DNA from: Isurus oxyrinchus
Lineage: Eukaryota
Direction: 5' to 3'
DNA length: 64,000 nucleotides
NCBI GenBank assembly: GCA_026770705.1
Contig: JANJGN010000041.1
Span: 1,116,001-1,180,000, forward strand
Each line of letters begins with the position of its first letter. Positions within the stretch are counted from its first letter, which is position 1. Below, piece after piece: positions 11,625 to 23,890 of the stretch. Below the pieces are notes generated by a model, which was not told where the DNA came from, searched no databases, and saw only the letters and a program-made list of their open reading frames with translations. The translations under genes and the position numbers were made by a program.

Positions 11625-14600
11625 AGGGTTGGGACTCAGAATTGATGAGCTGCAGTCCGAGTTCCGGGTGCTGTGGCACATCCCGGATGAGGAGAATTAC
11701 CTGGACGCTTTGTATCAGGAAGCGGTCACACCCAGTAGATTAAGTACCTCGAGTCCGGTCAGTGGTAAGGGTCGGCAGGGTGTGACTGCAAGTGAGGCAG
11801 GTAGAGGGATCCATTGTTCATGAAAAGAGGAACATCAGCTCATGACCTTTTCCAACAGGTACAAGATACTGGCTCCATGTGTGGATGAGGAAGATGGTTG
11901 TAGGGAGGAAAAGCCAGCTGACCCCTGCACCGCGGCACTGGAGGCGATTCAAGAGAGGGGAGCAAAAAGACAAGTGATAGTTGCAGGGGATTCTATAAGT
12001 AGGGGAATTGAAAACTCTCATTGTTAGCTGAATCGAGAGTTCCGCATAGTACCTTGCTTTACCGGTGACAGGGTGAGGGAAATCTCTGACGGCCTTGAAA
12101 GGATATTGGAGAGGGAGGGGGAGGATGAAGTTGTTGTGGCCCACGTTGGGACAAATAACATAGGTAAGACTAGGAAGGAGGACCTGTTTGGGGATTATCA
12201 GGAAGTAGGAACTAAATTTAAGAACAGGTCCTCAAGGCTAATAAGTTCCGGATTACTACCCAAGCCACGTGCAAATTCTCACAGAGATAAAGACAAAACA
12301 AAACTGCGGATGCTGGAAATCCAAAACAAAAACAGAATTACCTAGAAAAACTCAGCAGGTCTGGCAGCATCGGCGAAGGTCTCTGTCGAAGGGTCATGAG
12401 GACTCGAAACGTCAACTCTTTTCTTCTCCGCCGATGCTGCCAGACCTGCTGAGTTTTTCCAGGTAATTCTGTTTTTGTTTTGCAAATTCTCATATGGACG
12501 TGAGAATAAGGGAAGCAAGCACGTGGCTAAAGGAGTGCTGTGGGAAAGAGGGGTTCCATTTTTGAGGCACTGGCATCAGTATTGGAACATGAGGGATCTG
12601 TACCGTTCGGACTGTGTCCACCTGAACCGATGTGGGTACCATGTTCTAGAGAAAATGGTAAAAAGTGTGGTCAACAAGACTTTGAACTAGAAAGTGGGGT
12701 GTGGCGGGGGGGGGGAGGGCAGAGGGAATGGTAAAACTCCAAACAGTGTGACTAACGGGTAACAAAGCAACAGGTGAGCATGTGACCGGCGGGGGAGGGG
12801 TAGGTGGGGGTGGGGTGGGGGTTGGTGTGGGCTAGTGGATTCAACCTGATGGAGAATTATGAAAAAACTGAAAAGAAAGGAGAGCCCAGGAGTGGCTATT
12901 AACAGAGGACAAATGAAAAATAAATAAGGAGGGAGAAGATTAATTATGAGGGTAAACTAGCCAGTAATATAAAAGAAGATTGTAAGAGTATTTTTAGATA
13001 TATATGATGGGTAAGAGAGAGGAAAAAGTGGACATTGGGCCGCTGGAAAAAGACGCTGGAGAAGTAGTAGTTGGGAACCAAGAAATATTGAAGGGACTGA
13101 ATATGTACTTTGTGTTAGTTTTCACAGTGGAAGACATGGGTGACACCCCCAAAGTTCAAGATAGTCGGGGGCGGAGGTGTTTATGGTGGCCATTACTTAG
13201 GAGAGGGTGCTAGGAAAACTGAAAGGACTGAAGGTGGATAAATCACCTCGACCACATGGATTACACCCAAGAGTTCTGAAAGAGGTAGCTGAAGAGATGG
13301 TTGAGGTGTTAATGGCGATCAGGAATCACTGGAGTCAGGGACGGTCCCAGAGGACTGGAAAATCGCCAGTGTATCCCTCTGTTTAAGAAGGGGGTGAGGC
13401 AAAAGAAGAGAAATTATAGGCCGATTAGCCTAACCTCGGTTGCTGGTAAAATTTTAGAGTCCATTATTAAGGAGGAGATTTCAGAATACTTGGAAGGACA
13501 TGGAATAATTGCGCAAAGTCAGTATCTTTTCATCAAGGGGAGGTCATGCTTGTCAAATCTGTTAGAATTCTTTGAGGAGGTAACGAGTAACTTAGGCAAA
13601 GGAGAGCCAATGGATGTTATCTAACTGGAATTCCAGAAGCCATTTGACAAAGTGCCGCACAGGAAGCTGCTCAGTAATTTAAGAGCCCATGGTGTTAGAG
13701 ACAAGGTACTCGCATGGAAAGAAGATTGGCTGTCTGGAATGAGGCAGAGAGTGGGGATAAGCGGATCCTTCTCAGGATGGCGGCCGGTGCCTAGTGGTGT
13801 TCCGCAGGGGTCAGTTTTGCGACCACAACTTTTCACTTTATACATTAATGATCTAGGTGAAGGAACTGAGGGCATCATGGTTAAGTTTGCAGATCATACA
13901 AAGACAGGTGGAGGGACAGGTAGAATTGAGGAGGTGGAGAGGCTGCAGAAGGATTTGCACATGTCAGAAATATGGTCAAAGAAGTGGCAGATGAAATACA
14001 ACGTGGGGAAGTGTGAGGTCATGCACTTTGGTAGGAAGAATAGAGGCATAAACCATTTTATAAATATAGACATAATTCTGAAATCTGGAGTGCAAATGGA
14101 CTTGGGAGACATAGTCCAGGATTCTCTTAAGGTTACTTTGCAGGTTGAGACCGTAGTTATGAAGGCAAATGCAATGTTGGCATTTATGTCGAAAGGACGA
14201 GAACATAAAAGCAGGGATGTGCTGCTGAAACTTCATAACGCTCTGGTCAGACAACGTTAATAATATTGTGAGCAATTTTGGGCCCGGTATCCGAGGAAGG
14301 ATGTGTTGGCAATTAAGAGGGTCCAGAGGAGTTTCACGACAACGATCCATGGAATGTATTGCTTAACATATGAGGAACGTTTGAGGACTCTTGGTCTATA
14401 CTCGATGGAGTTTAGAAGGATGAGGGGGGATCTGATTGAAGCGTACACAATTCTGAAAGGTTTGGCAACACTTATAGTGGACGTGGTGTTTACATTATTA
14501 GGAGGGAGAAGGACCGGAGGACAAAGCCTCAGAGTAAAGGGAAGACCTTTTAGAACAGAGGTAAGGATAAACTTCTTCAGCCAGAGCATGGTAAATCTGT

Positions 14601-14808
14601 GGATTTCATTGCCACATAAGTCTGTGGAGGACAGCTCATTGAGTTTATTTAAGACAAGATCGATATGTTCTTGATTGGTAAGGGGATCAAAGTTTACAGG
14701 GAGAAGCCGGTAGAATGGAGTTGAGAAACGCATCAGCCATGATTGAATGCTGGAGAAGAATCGATGGGCCGAATGGCCTAATTTCTGCTCCTATGTCTTA
14801 TCGTTCTA
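11625..14808 (+). mobile_element. Relatively young CR1 LINE: ORF1 (SGNH esterase) joined to ORF2 RT, endonuclease missing
   Basis: ORF1: LRIDELQSE, VIVAGDSISRG, VVAHVGTNNIG. ORF2: NYRPISLTSVAGKILESII, GRSCLSNLLEFFE, GVPQGSVL, KFADHTK, LGLYSMEFRRMRGDLIE. CR1 tail ctgctcctatgtcttat at ~14785-14800. No APE motifs between 12690 and 12900. Confidence 0.95.
12291..12481. mobile_element. Palindromic Penelope-derived short insertion inside CR1 ORF1
   Basis: 53-bp inverted arms (12323-12375 vs 12429-12481, one mismatch); flanking duplication tgcaaattctca at 12270-12281 and 12481-12492. Confidence 0.8.
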
Positions 14809-14973
14809 ACCTGATAGAGCTGCCACATAGGTTTGTAGAGCTGAATGATTGGAATTACAGTTTGAATTCGGAACTCAAGTAAGTGGCTTCTGAGTGAATG
14901 CAATTTAAATGACAAGCAGCACAAAGTAATTTGTCATGATCAATAGAATTATTGAGAGGATAGAGAGACTTAC

Positions 14974-15145
14974 CAACAACAGCCAGGATGGGATAGTAAC
15001 CTAGTTGTATTACCTGAATTACATGATGGATGCGCGGTGCTAATGGTATCCAATCGTAACATTTGAAAAGCCAGTAAAGCACAGAGGATAAACTCCTGTC
15101 CATTCTTGTAACATTCCAAACAGTTCTTCTCAGATTCTGATCCAT
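14974..15145 (-). CDS. First coding exon (long N-terminus + TM1) of a GPR139-like GPCR; partner exon not seen
   Basis: MDQNLRRTVWNVTRMDRSLSSVLYWLFKCYDWIPLAPRIHHVIQVIQLGYYPILAVV-G|GTAAGT. 172 nt open, phase-1 consensus donor, NVT glycosylation sequon, YYPILA signature. Confidence 0.8.
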
Positions 15146-15289
15146 TGTAGAAACATTACAATCTAATGTCCTCAGGTTCTAATCTCTCCTCACCTCCTTT
15201 CTGTATATCTGTATATGCCTAACCCTGTTCCTGGTGCAGGCGATGCTCCGGCCAACCAACTCTAAGTGTGAAGTTACTGAAAGCAGTCC

Positions 15290-15356
15290 ATTATAAATAG
15301 AAAAGGGAAACCCTCCAGTGACACAATTAGAATCCATGGAGACTGACATTAATTAC
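15290..15356 (-). promoter_or_regulatory. Candidate promoter of the 15145 first exon
   Basis: Minus strand: GTAATTAATGT (15346-15356), CTAATTG, then TATTTATAA (15291-15299), ~150 bp upstream of the ATG. Confidence 0.55.
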
Positions 15357-15479
15357 AGTCACTTAACCGACAGATTGAGTCAACACCTTCCAATCCAAAA
15401 AACGTGGATATAGTGAAATAGAATATTTAACCAGTCAGAGTGGGATGTGTGACGATAACTGAGGGAAAGATTGCGGGAA

Positions 15480-16840
15480 TCGGAGGTGGTACTGATAACA
15501 ATTTTTCAATCATGCTTGGATATGGGAGCCTTGCCAGAGGATGGACAGGTGATCCATCCTGTTTATGAAAGGGGATATGGATAAGCCCTGGAGCTACAGA
15601 CAGATCTCCATAATATTATTTGTAGAGTCAATTATCAAGCATAATAAATGACTGCTGCTTGAAATGGCAGGGGTCCATAAATTGCTAGTATCTCAGATGG
15701 GTTAATGGAAAATCTTGTCTGATAAAATACATGAAATAGTTTGAACAAGTAATGGAGATTTTGATGAACTTAGTGTGTTTGTCTTTACTTGCACGTACTT
15801 CCCTACGGTGTGTGACCAAACGATATTTAATGGGCGTATTACAGAAACTGGATAGATTTGATTCAACCGGAAGGGGCTGTCTGGATACGGCAATAAAGCT
15901 GTACAGAAAGCTTGGAGAAGTGTACAGCTTTGGCTGCCAGATTGCAGGTGTTTTATTCCCCTAGATCGATATTGGAAGTGTTGCTTTCTATGATGCAAAG
16001 GGCACGGACGTACTGATAAAGTGCTTAATTTCAAGGTTTGCATATGTCACATTCTTGCAAAGCATACCAAACTGCGAAGGAATGGCAACAGGCTTTGGAA
16101 GCGCACAGAGCGATTAAAGAGCTGCACAGACACGGGGCAGATGAAACATAATGCATTGCAATTGGAAGAGCACAGTTTGGACCATGTCAAAGCTTACATT
16201 TGCATATATTGAGTGTAAATATGAATGTGCATGAAATTGTCAGTTCAAAGTTAATTCTTTTGTTGATTCCTGCACATTTTCCATCTTTATAACATCACTG
16301 TATAGTCATTAGCTCAGATTAGCCATCTAAATCTGGGCATCATAATTTAGGGAAGATGTCAGGGCTTTGGAGTAAATACAAAAAGAATTACTGGAATCAT
16401 AGCAGGATAAGAAATGGATATACGTGGAGAGGTTGGAGGATCTGGGATTACTCTCCTTAGCGCAAATCAGGTAAAGTAGAGGTTTAATAGAGACACTTAA
16501 AATCTGATGTGTTTTCTTATAAAATAAGGAGCAATTTGCCCCGCGAATATGTGTCACTGGACAGTAGAAACCACCTGTACATTAGCGACAAAGTGCCAGA
16601 GAATATAAGGATATTCTTTTTATACACAGTGGACTACTATATTCTCCAATGCACTGACTGATTTAAAAACTGCATGCAACAACTTCAATTGTAAAATTCA
16701 AAATTTAACAAGATCAATAGCGGATAGCAAGAGTTGCAGAATTAATGTAAAGGAGCCCGGGAGTTGTCCTATTTCCTTGCACCTTTCGAAGAGCTGGCCA
16801 AATGCCCTCTGCCACTTATCTCTGATTCTATGATTATCTG
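15480..16840 (+). mobile_element. Very old CR1 ORF2 fragment
   Basis: DKPWSYRQIS (GNYRPIS-like), LAKHTKL (FADDTKL-like), LGLLSLAQIR*SRGLIETLKI, and a gattctatgatt tail. Confidence 0.65.
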
Positions 16841-17599
16841 TAATCAGAAACCACCGTATCCGTAACTCCAGTTCAACGTGATGTTCATTAGGTTTTTGAG
16901 CCAGAAGCTGATCTCCCTTGTACTCTCATGAACAACAATGTGGAAATGTAAACACAAGAGGCAGGTGAGCTAATCGATTCTTTTTTTTTCCCCGGAGAAT
17001 GGGGCATTTTTCTCATCACAGAACTCACCTGGTTTCAATCAGTGAATTAGAAGAACGTTGATTTTCTGCCCATTCCATTTAATTTTTTTCTACGTTATTG
17101 ATGGCACTGATGATACCACCAGGCCTTTTTTATCCCTGGTAATCATAGCAAAATGATGGATCTCATCTTGAACCAGTGCTTTCCGTGTGCTGAAAGTGCA
17201 CGGCCAAGGGGGACTGCCAAGTGATGGCATTTTGTACGAGTCTGATCTGAAGTCCATTCGTCTCCTCAGTTCCTTGCTCCCTTGATAATTTTAGGAATCA
17301 GATGACCGTCTTTGAGTGAAAAGCAAAATTTGAAACAAACACAAATTAACAGTTAAAATCTTCAGGACACAATTCCATCACCGGGCACCTCGTAATGGGT
17401 TGATTTGAATATGAGAATGAGAATTTGAAAACCGATTCGTTATCAGAGTGAATGCCAGTGTTTTTGAGCACGTGGGTGACTGGTGAATGGAACACAGTAT
17501 CTGTATTATATCGCCCTTTGTGGTCTAGTCTTCAACAGTGAAAATAATATGCAAAGGAATTTCCATAAAGTAGATTTTCTAAAATACTGTGAGACCTTG

Positions 17600-17991
17600 G
17601 ACCACAGCATTGTTACCAAACCTACTCAAACCCGTGAAATATTCAGCTAAACATGTTCCTGGTGCCAATCACAACTCTACTTGCACCGCTGGCTCTCGTG
17701 CTCATGCTTTGATGCAGAGGTTGCAGCACTCCTAATGCAACGCGAATCATTGGTGACCACGATATAGCAGACCATCTTATCGAGCCTCTCAACGCTGCTC
17801 ATAAGGCCAGATGGGAGGAAGCGACAGCTGGATTCAATTACAGTTGGAAATGCTAGAGCCTGATACGCTGTCTCGCAGAAAGCCACAAAAAACGTAATTT
17901 GAACTGTCCATTGCCCGGAAAAAAGCTGCCAGTCATTCCCTCTATGGGGCAAAAAAGAAACATTTGGGAAACAAACTAACCGTGGCAACGT
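17600..17991 (+). mobile_element. Possible RTE-type LINE fragment
   Basis: VIPLYGAK..WETNRG resembles IVTLYKxKG..NYRG; truncated by an N gap. Confidence 0.35.
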
Positions 17992-18249
17992 NNNNNNNNN
18001 NNNNNNNNNNNNNNNNNNNNNNNNNNNNNNNNNNNNNNNNNNNNNNNNNNNNNNNNNNNNNNNNNNNNNNNNNNNNNNNNNNNNNNNNNNNNNNNNNNNN
18101 NNNNNNNNNNNNNNNNNNNNNNNNNNNNNNNNNNNNNNNNNNNNNNNNNNNNNNNNNNNNNNNNNNNNNNNNNNNNNNNNNNNNNNNNNNNNNNNNNNNN
18201 NNNNNNNNNNNNNNNNNNNNNNNNNNNNNNNNNNNNNNNNNNNNNNNNN
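17992..18249. other. Assembly gap (N run)
   Basis: 258 consecutive N. Confidence 1.
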
Positions 18250-18289
18250 AGAACACAGCAGTCCTGATTCAAAATCAAAGAAATGAAGA

Positions 18290-19780
18290 AATTATTGGGG
18301 ACTTAAATCACGACATAGCAACATGGTGTCAATTAATTCTGTAAAGACTTGTTCACCATTCTCATGCCTGGCCGACCCAGTTAAAGTCAAGAATCTTCAG
18401 CCACGCCCACTGGCTGTGTGGTGGCCTTTGGCAATATTCACTTCCACTCCAACATCGGGGAAAATATCAGGTACAGAACGATATCACTGCTTTTTGTGAG
18501 TGTCAGCACCTCTGAACATGTTAGCCTTCAACACATAGTATCGAAAGCTTAGAAAATCATTGCTGTTGACAGGCTAGCTTCCGCGAGGGATGCAACATTT
18601 GTGATCAAGTTCTGGGACTCAATAGCCTAAATTGGAAATGTATTCTAAAAGGTGAAGACAGATATTGTGCTTCGGGGCCTCACAGCTGCCAGTTATACAG
18701 TGTGACACACTGGCCAGTAAACCAGAATGCTTAAGATATGGGCCGGGACAGTTTAATAAATCCTTTGTAGTAGGCCTTTCAGAACAAGGCATAACTGTAT
18801 GCAGAAGGCTAGCCAACTGATTATCAGATGGCTTGTGCCAGTCCCAGTCCTGTTCAACATATATACAAATGGCATTCCAACAGGCACATTCCACAAGAAC
18901 ATCCAGGCTGATGGCACCTGCTGTGGCAGGCAGCTCAATCATTGGGCACTCTTGGCCAAAACCTTAGCAAAGGCATCGCAAAGTTTAAGGTCTATTGCCG
19001 GAAATGGAGGCTTGTGTTAATCACTCTTAAACCATATTCAGATTATTCCAAGTCCATAATGAATTTATGAAACAAGAATTACATTTCAACATGCAAAGCC
19101 AGAGGCTAAACTGAAACTACGCATGAGTGAACCTGAATATGCCTCTGCTCTTCCAGGAACATTGAAAGAGATGAGCAGCATAGGTCCAACCAGAAACAAC
19201 CGACTGACCAAACTTGATGGATCTATGTGAAGCGCATCAAAGAAATCTATTCACCACTTGTCTTATCATAGTCTACAGCATAGAACTAAGGACTTGTCTC
19301 GAAAATGTCATTCCACAGAGTTCTGGTTGTCCCTCAATCATCAGACCTTGAATCTTGCACCCATCACCCAAGCGCTGTATGCTTGCATTCACAATAGATC
19401 TCTGCTATGCATCCACTGACTGATGATAAACAGAGATGTTGGTATAGACCATCCTAACTGCACTTCATTTCCACTTCAAGATGACCTGTTCATCAAACCG
19501 ATTGCCCACCTCGCATCTTGGTGTGCCAAGTAGTGCACCCTGCCCTAATTGGATCTACCAGAATACATAATTTGTATCACGGAATGAGAAGTATGTAAAG
19601 CCAAAAATAAGTTCCTTGTGAAAATCCTCAACATTCGAATTTCAGGTTTTCAATTATGAAGCTGAGGGAGTTCTTTGTTTCTGCTACATGGACTGGCCAA
19701 GCGCACCCCTGCCCCTTTATGCCATTACCTTGTAAAAGATTGGAATTACACAAGCAATGCTGGACATCACTGATGTATTT
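18290..19780 (+). mobile_element. Ingi/Vingi-like LINE RT and C-terminal region, degenerate
   Basis: VPVPVLFNIYTNGIPTGTFHKNIQADGTCCGRQ (LFNIYTxD..KFIYADDxC-like); AKFKVYCRKWRL; FQVHNEFMKQELHFNMQSQRL; TRNNRLTKLDGS. Confidence 0.65.
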
Positions 19781-19959
19781 CCTCCATAGCTTACATGACA
19801 CACCAACTGACTTCAAATCAGTAAATAAGAAGGTTAGATAATTGTTTCATCAGTTCCTCTTGGCTAAGTAAATAAACTGCACTCACTGAGACCCCACATG
19901 GCTTTCTTGTTATGAACTTTCTTTATTCCTATGAATCGTGGAATTGAATTTATCGCCCA

Positions 19960-20330
19960 GGTCCAATAAAACCCATTCACACACCATTCCCTCCCCCACA
20001 AGGTATTATGCTAGTGCTAGTTATTATGCATTATTTCCAGCAATTTCGCCATTTTACATCAATGGCAACCGCTCCATCGCCACCCTGCACCGTCTACCCC
20101 CTCCTGCAACCCCGATCTGTATCACTTATATTATTGACAGCAATATCTCACATTCAAATTGCTCCTGCCATGTCAAAAACGTCCATGGCAGTCAATCCCT
20201 CTCCATGTCTTCACCATAATCCCGCATGTAGAATCCTCCCTATCAATGCCAAATTTTGCATTTCCTGCAATCAGTTCTGTAGTTGCAATCTTCCCACATC
20301 GCAGTAAAACTCTGTATCTCCAAATCTCTT
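19960..20330 (+). mobile_element. Penelope-like RT C-terminal fragment
   Basis: FYINGNRSIATLHR..YIIDSNISHSNCSCHVKNVHGSQSL resembles the PLE YLdysSsHp..k.sIp.SQ motif. Confidence 0.4.
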
Positions 20331-20959
20331 CAGACTGCCCTAACAACCCTGTTATTTTACTCCCGTGAATCTAATCCTTCCTAGGTGGGCAGTATTTGCA
20401 AGTTGCACAGAAACCGTCTCCTGTGCATCCTCGTAGAACTCCAAGACACCATGTGTCTGTTATCTCCTCCTTGAAAGTCCAGCTCCCGTTATTTTTTCCA
20501 AACCACTGCATGCTCAGCGTTTAGAGATCGCTATAGTATTCTAGCTCTGAACTCTTGAGCAACCAGGCATCAACACATAATTTGGCAAAAATGTCACCAT
20601 GAAAACGTTCCAATGTAATATTCAATGCAAAGTGGACTCTATGTTTGATGGCTAATCATAACTTCGCTGCAGGAAATCACCAGGGTTGTTACCGAAACCC
20701 CATCATATTCTGCAGCCTCATAGATGACCATCCCTGCATTGTCGGGCCACAAGTGGGGATTTTGGCCGATGGTTGCACAATGTTCACTCTCATTCTCACT
20801 TACTCATATAATTGAGCATTTTAGCTGCAGTCGGATCGAGTTTAAAATAGGTCTCGAGCAGAATCGAAATAGGATTGTAATTGCAGCTTGTGCCCTGCTG
20901 TTAAAAGAAGGACACAGTTCCAGAAGACAAATATGTATCTCCTGGAGAAACTGTGGGGA

Positions 20960-21500
20960 TAATTAATTAAAAACATAACAAGGACTTTTACTATGTCGAT
21001 TAAAATAAGTCAAGGTAAGAATTTGTAACAGAACCAGAAAGGGAAAACAAGCTAGATGGATTGTGGGTAGAACAGCGAAAATTGAGAAGGGGATTGCACA
21101 TTGGGATTGCTGCTGGAAATCGGATGAGCGTGTCTGTTGTTTGAAGGGGCCTTTGGCCGAACTGTTCTGATAAATCTATTTGGTCTACACTTGGGAAATA
21201 TGGATTGATGCGAAACAATTTGTCTTACACACTGAGAGCAGAGATTGTATTTGTTGCATCGGGAAATGGAGTAGAGGGATGAAGCAAACTTGAGAGGTCT
21301 GCTTAGTGTTTTGGTGGGACTACAGCTGGGCCATTCTGCATAGTTTTTTGTCTTCACATTGAAGAGAAGATACGCTAGCCTGGAACGCCAGGGAATGGAA
21401 TCTCACCCCAAGATATTCCACGCTAGTAATAAATGGAGGAGCAGGCTCGAAGGGGCATTTGCTCAAACACCTGCTCCAATTTTTTGTATTCTTGTGACTA
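20960..21500 (+). mobile_element. CR1 3' fragments with internal deletions
   Basis: Tail aatggaggagcaggctcgaaggggc...cctgctccaattttttgtattctt. Confidence 0.55.
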
Positions 21501-21989
21501 TCCAACATTGACATTTACATCTCACCTGAAGTATCATTGACCTATTAATTTTTGAATTATGTTGACTTTGGGGCGATCGTTGCAATAGAACATTTCTAAA
21601 GATAAATGTTGATGATCAGATTCTTTCTTTTTTTATCATGAAGATCCAAATATTCTGTACAGTGATCATAACACCGGAGCTCCCTTGATGTCGCTCATGG
21701 GCAAATGTTGTCTTGATATCAAGAGACGTCATTATCATCGCAGCTCCTGAGTTCAGCCATTTTGTATGTGATACTCCCAAAGCTACAATGAAGCAATTAG
21801 CCGAATGGCTCTGGCCGATTCAGGCATCAATGAACTGCTGGTTTAATGCAACTGTTGCTAAATACCAAACTGCCAACTGCCATTTTATTGCTGATATCCG
21901 AGGCTAAATTGATGGACCGGTATTTGCCAGAGTTATATTCGTCATGCTACTTTCGTAAAACACACACTTAGGCATTTTTTTCCACATAG

Positions 21990-22132
21990 ATCAAAACAAA
22001 AAAACCGCGGATGCTGGAAATCCAAAACAAAAACACAAACCAAAATACCTGGAAATACACAGCAGGTCTGGCAGCATCGACGGAGAAGATCACAGTTGAC
22101 ATTCTGAGTACTCATGACCCTTCAACAGCACC
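21990..22132 (-). mobile_element. Penelope-derived short repeat (same family as 12291-12481)
   Basis: gcggatgctggaaatccaaaacaaaaac..cagcaggtctggcagcatcg..gttgac..ctcatgacccttcaacag, closely similar to the 12300-12416 element. Confidence 0.75.
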
Positions 22133-23279
22133 AGATGTTTCGTACCTGGTGCTTTTGGTGTGTCTCCGCTGAAGCTTTTGGCCTCCAATCTCGCTGGTTA
22201 TAGTGCACAAATAATCAGTAAATCTGCCAGGATTGTGCCAACCCTACAGCTTTTGCTTTGTCCAGTCCTTTCAGCCATTTATTGAGATCATATCAAGTCA
22301 ATCCAATTTTCTGCAACCTGGTGGAAACCAAATTCACATTTCGATTGCGGACTCTCTCTGCAGATTCTGCCAAACCTGTTGAGGATTTCCAGCCTGACCT
22401 GTGTTTATTTCAGATTTCCATTATGAGCATTATTTTGTTTATATATTCAGTCTGGCGTCTGTGTTGTCAGGGCCATTAGGAGGATGAAGCATTAATAATC
22501 CTGACACACACGAGTTGCAAATGTTTCAGCCTTATCGATTGCACTAATGTAATTTGGCTCCCAACATGGCCGATGGGAGTACGTTTGAAACCGCCTCTTC
22601 CTTAAAGTTGTCTTACTGGCACAATCATTAACCGCTGGATGCGACAGGAATTCAGGGTTTAGATTCGGTGCACTGTTTGTGGGAGATGTTGGCATTGTTG
22701 CAGTTTTCTTTCGTTGTTTAAAATGCAGGTAACGGTGTGTTGAAGCTTCACCAACTTCCACTGTGTGGTTTCTTTCGTGCTGCTCTTGGACTGAAAACTG
22801 CACTCGTCATTTTATCCGTGTTAATCCCACGGCGGACACTATGGTGGAATCAGGAATATGCAGCGGCATGAGAATAAATAGTGCAATTTTACATAATCCT
22901 GCTGCTACTTGACAACCCCACAGCCTCTCCCAGATTCCCTGCTTTAATCTACAAAGTTTGTTCAGCATCACTGTCAAGAAGCTCGTGGCAATGCTACACC
23001 ACCAGATGGAGGGCATCGTTAGCGTGAAGTTGGAAGAAAGTTTAGCTGAATTGTAACTCCTTTTTTGGTATTGATCGTCATGTGGAATTTAACTATTAAG
23101 TGTAACGGTTTTCAACTGTTTAACAAAAAACGAGAAGTTCCTAACCCCTTTGCATTAATTATCATTTCCAGTGCAACTACTAGCGTTTAATCAGACAACG
23201 TGTGCATAAGAATTCCCTTCATATTTATTTGTTAGTACCCTAATTTATCAGGAACTCTAAAGTTATTGAAGTAGTGAGG

Positions 23280-23890
23280 TTTTACTACAGTTGAGCAGAA
23301 CGTTGCTGTTATCACTTAGAAAGTCTTGTGCACAGTCTTTATCTCCAACTTTAAGAAAGAATATCAATTAATTAGAATCAATTGAGATAGCGGTCACTCT
23401 GCAGATGCCTGGGGTGCTGAGTTGGTGGAGGGTGATGGTGGTCTGGGTGTTATCTTATTCGGAAAGATGGGATAACCTTTGTCCATGGGAGTCAAGAAAA
23501 TGAGAGGTGCATTGATTGAAGTAATTTGGATACTGAGGGATGGTCCATATTGGTTGCAATGAGAATGGATCCCCTGTCGGGGTCTTGGAGGAAATGGAGA
23601 ACAGTTTTCAAGTTGTGGGTCTCCCGTTCAAAGGGGAGGTGGATGCAATTTATTTCAGTCATAGTTTTGAATGGTTTTAAGTCTCTTCCGGCAAGTTCTG
23701 CGGAGGGAGGTTGATAGGATATTCTTCGGAGAGAGACAGATATAGTCTTGAGTACCAAGGGTGTCAAATGTTATTGGCGGTGGGTGGAATGTGGATTTGC
23801 GACCACAATCAGATGAGCCATAATGTTATTGAAAGGCGTGGCTGGCTCGAGGAGCCGGATTCTCTAATTCTGCTCTGGATTTGTATTTAT
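23280..23890 (+). mobile_element. CR1 3' end fragment
   Basis: Decayed C-terminal RT region and tail cacaatcagatgagccataatgttattgaaaggcg..ggctcgaggagccg. Confidence 0.6.

Noticed and set aside
13652-14260. 202-aa RT ORF as a functional gene or retron-like system
   Set aside because: It is a fragment of a disrupted CR1 ORF2; the catalytic ADD reads ADH.
9950-14850. Single inversion explaining exon 2 (+) facing exon 1 (-)
   Set aside because: No inverted breakpoint repeats were seen, and a same-strand degenerate first exon exists at 1318; not excluded but unsupported.
17942-18344. Long ORFs here and at 44756-45453
   Set aside because: Artefacts of translating through N gaps.
22400-22479. IMSIILFIYSVWRL resembling GPCR TM6 (AILFVYSIWRR)
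   Set aside because: It derives from the T-rich end of a Penelope-type repeat, with no flanking GPCR motifs.
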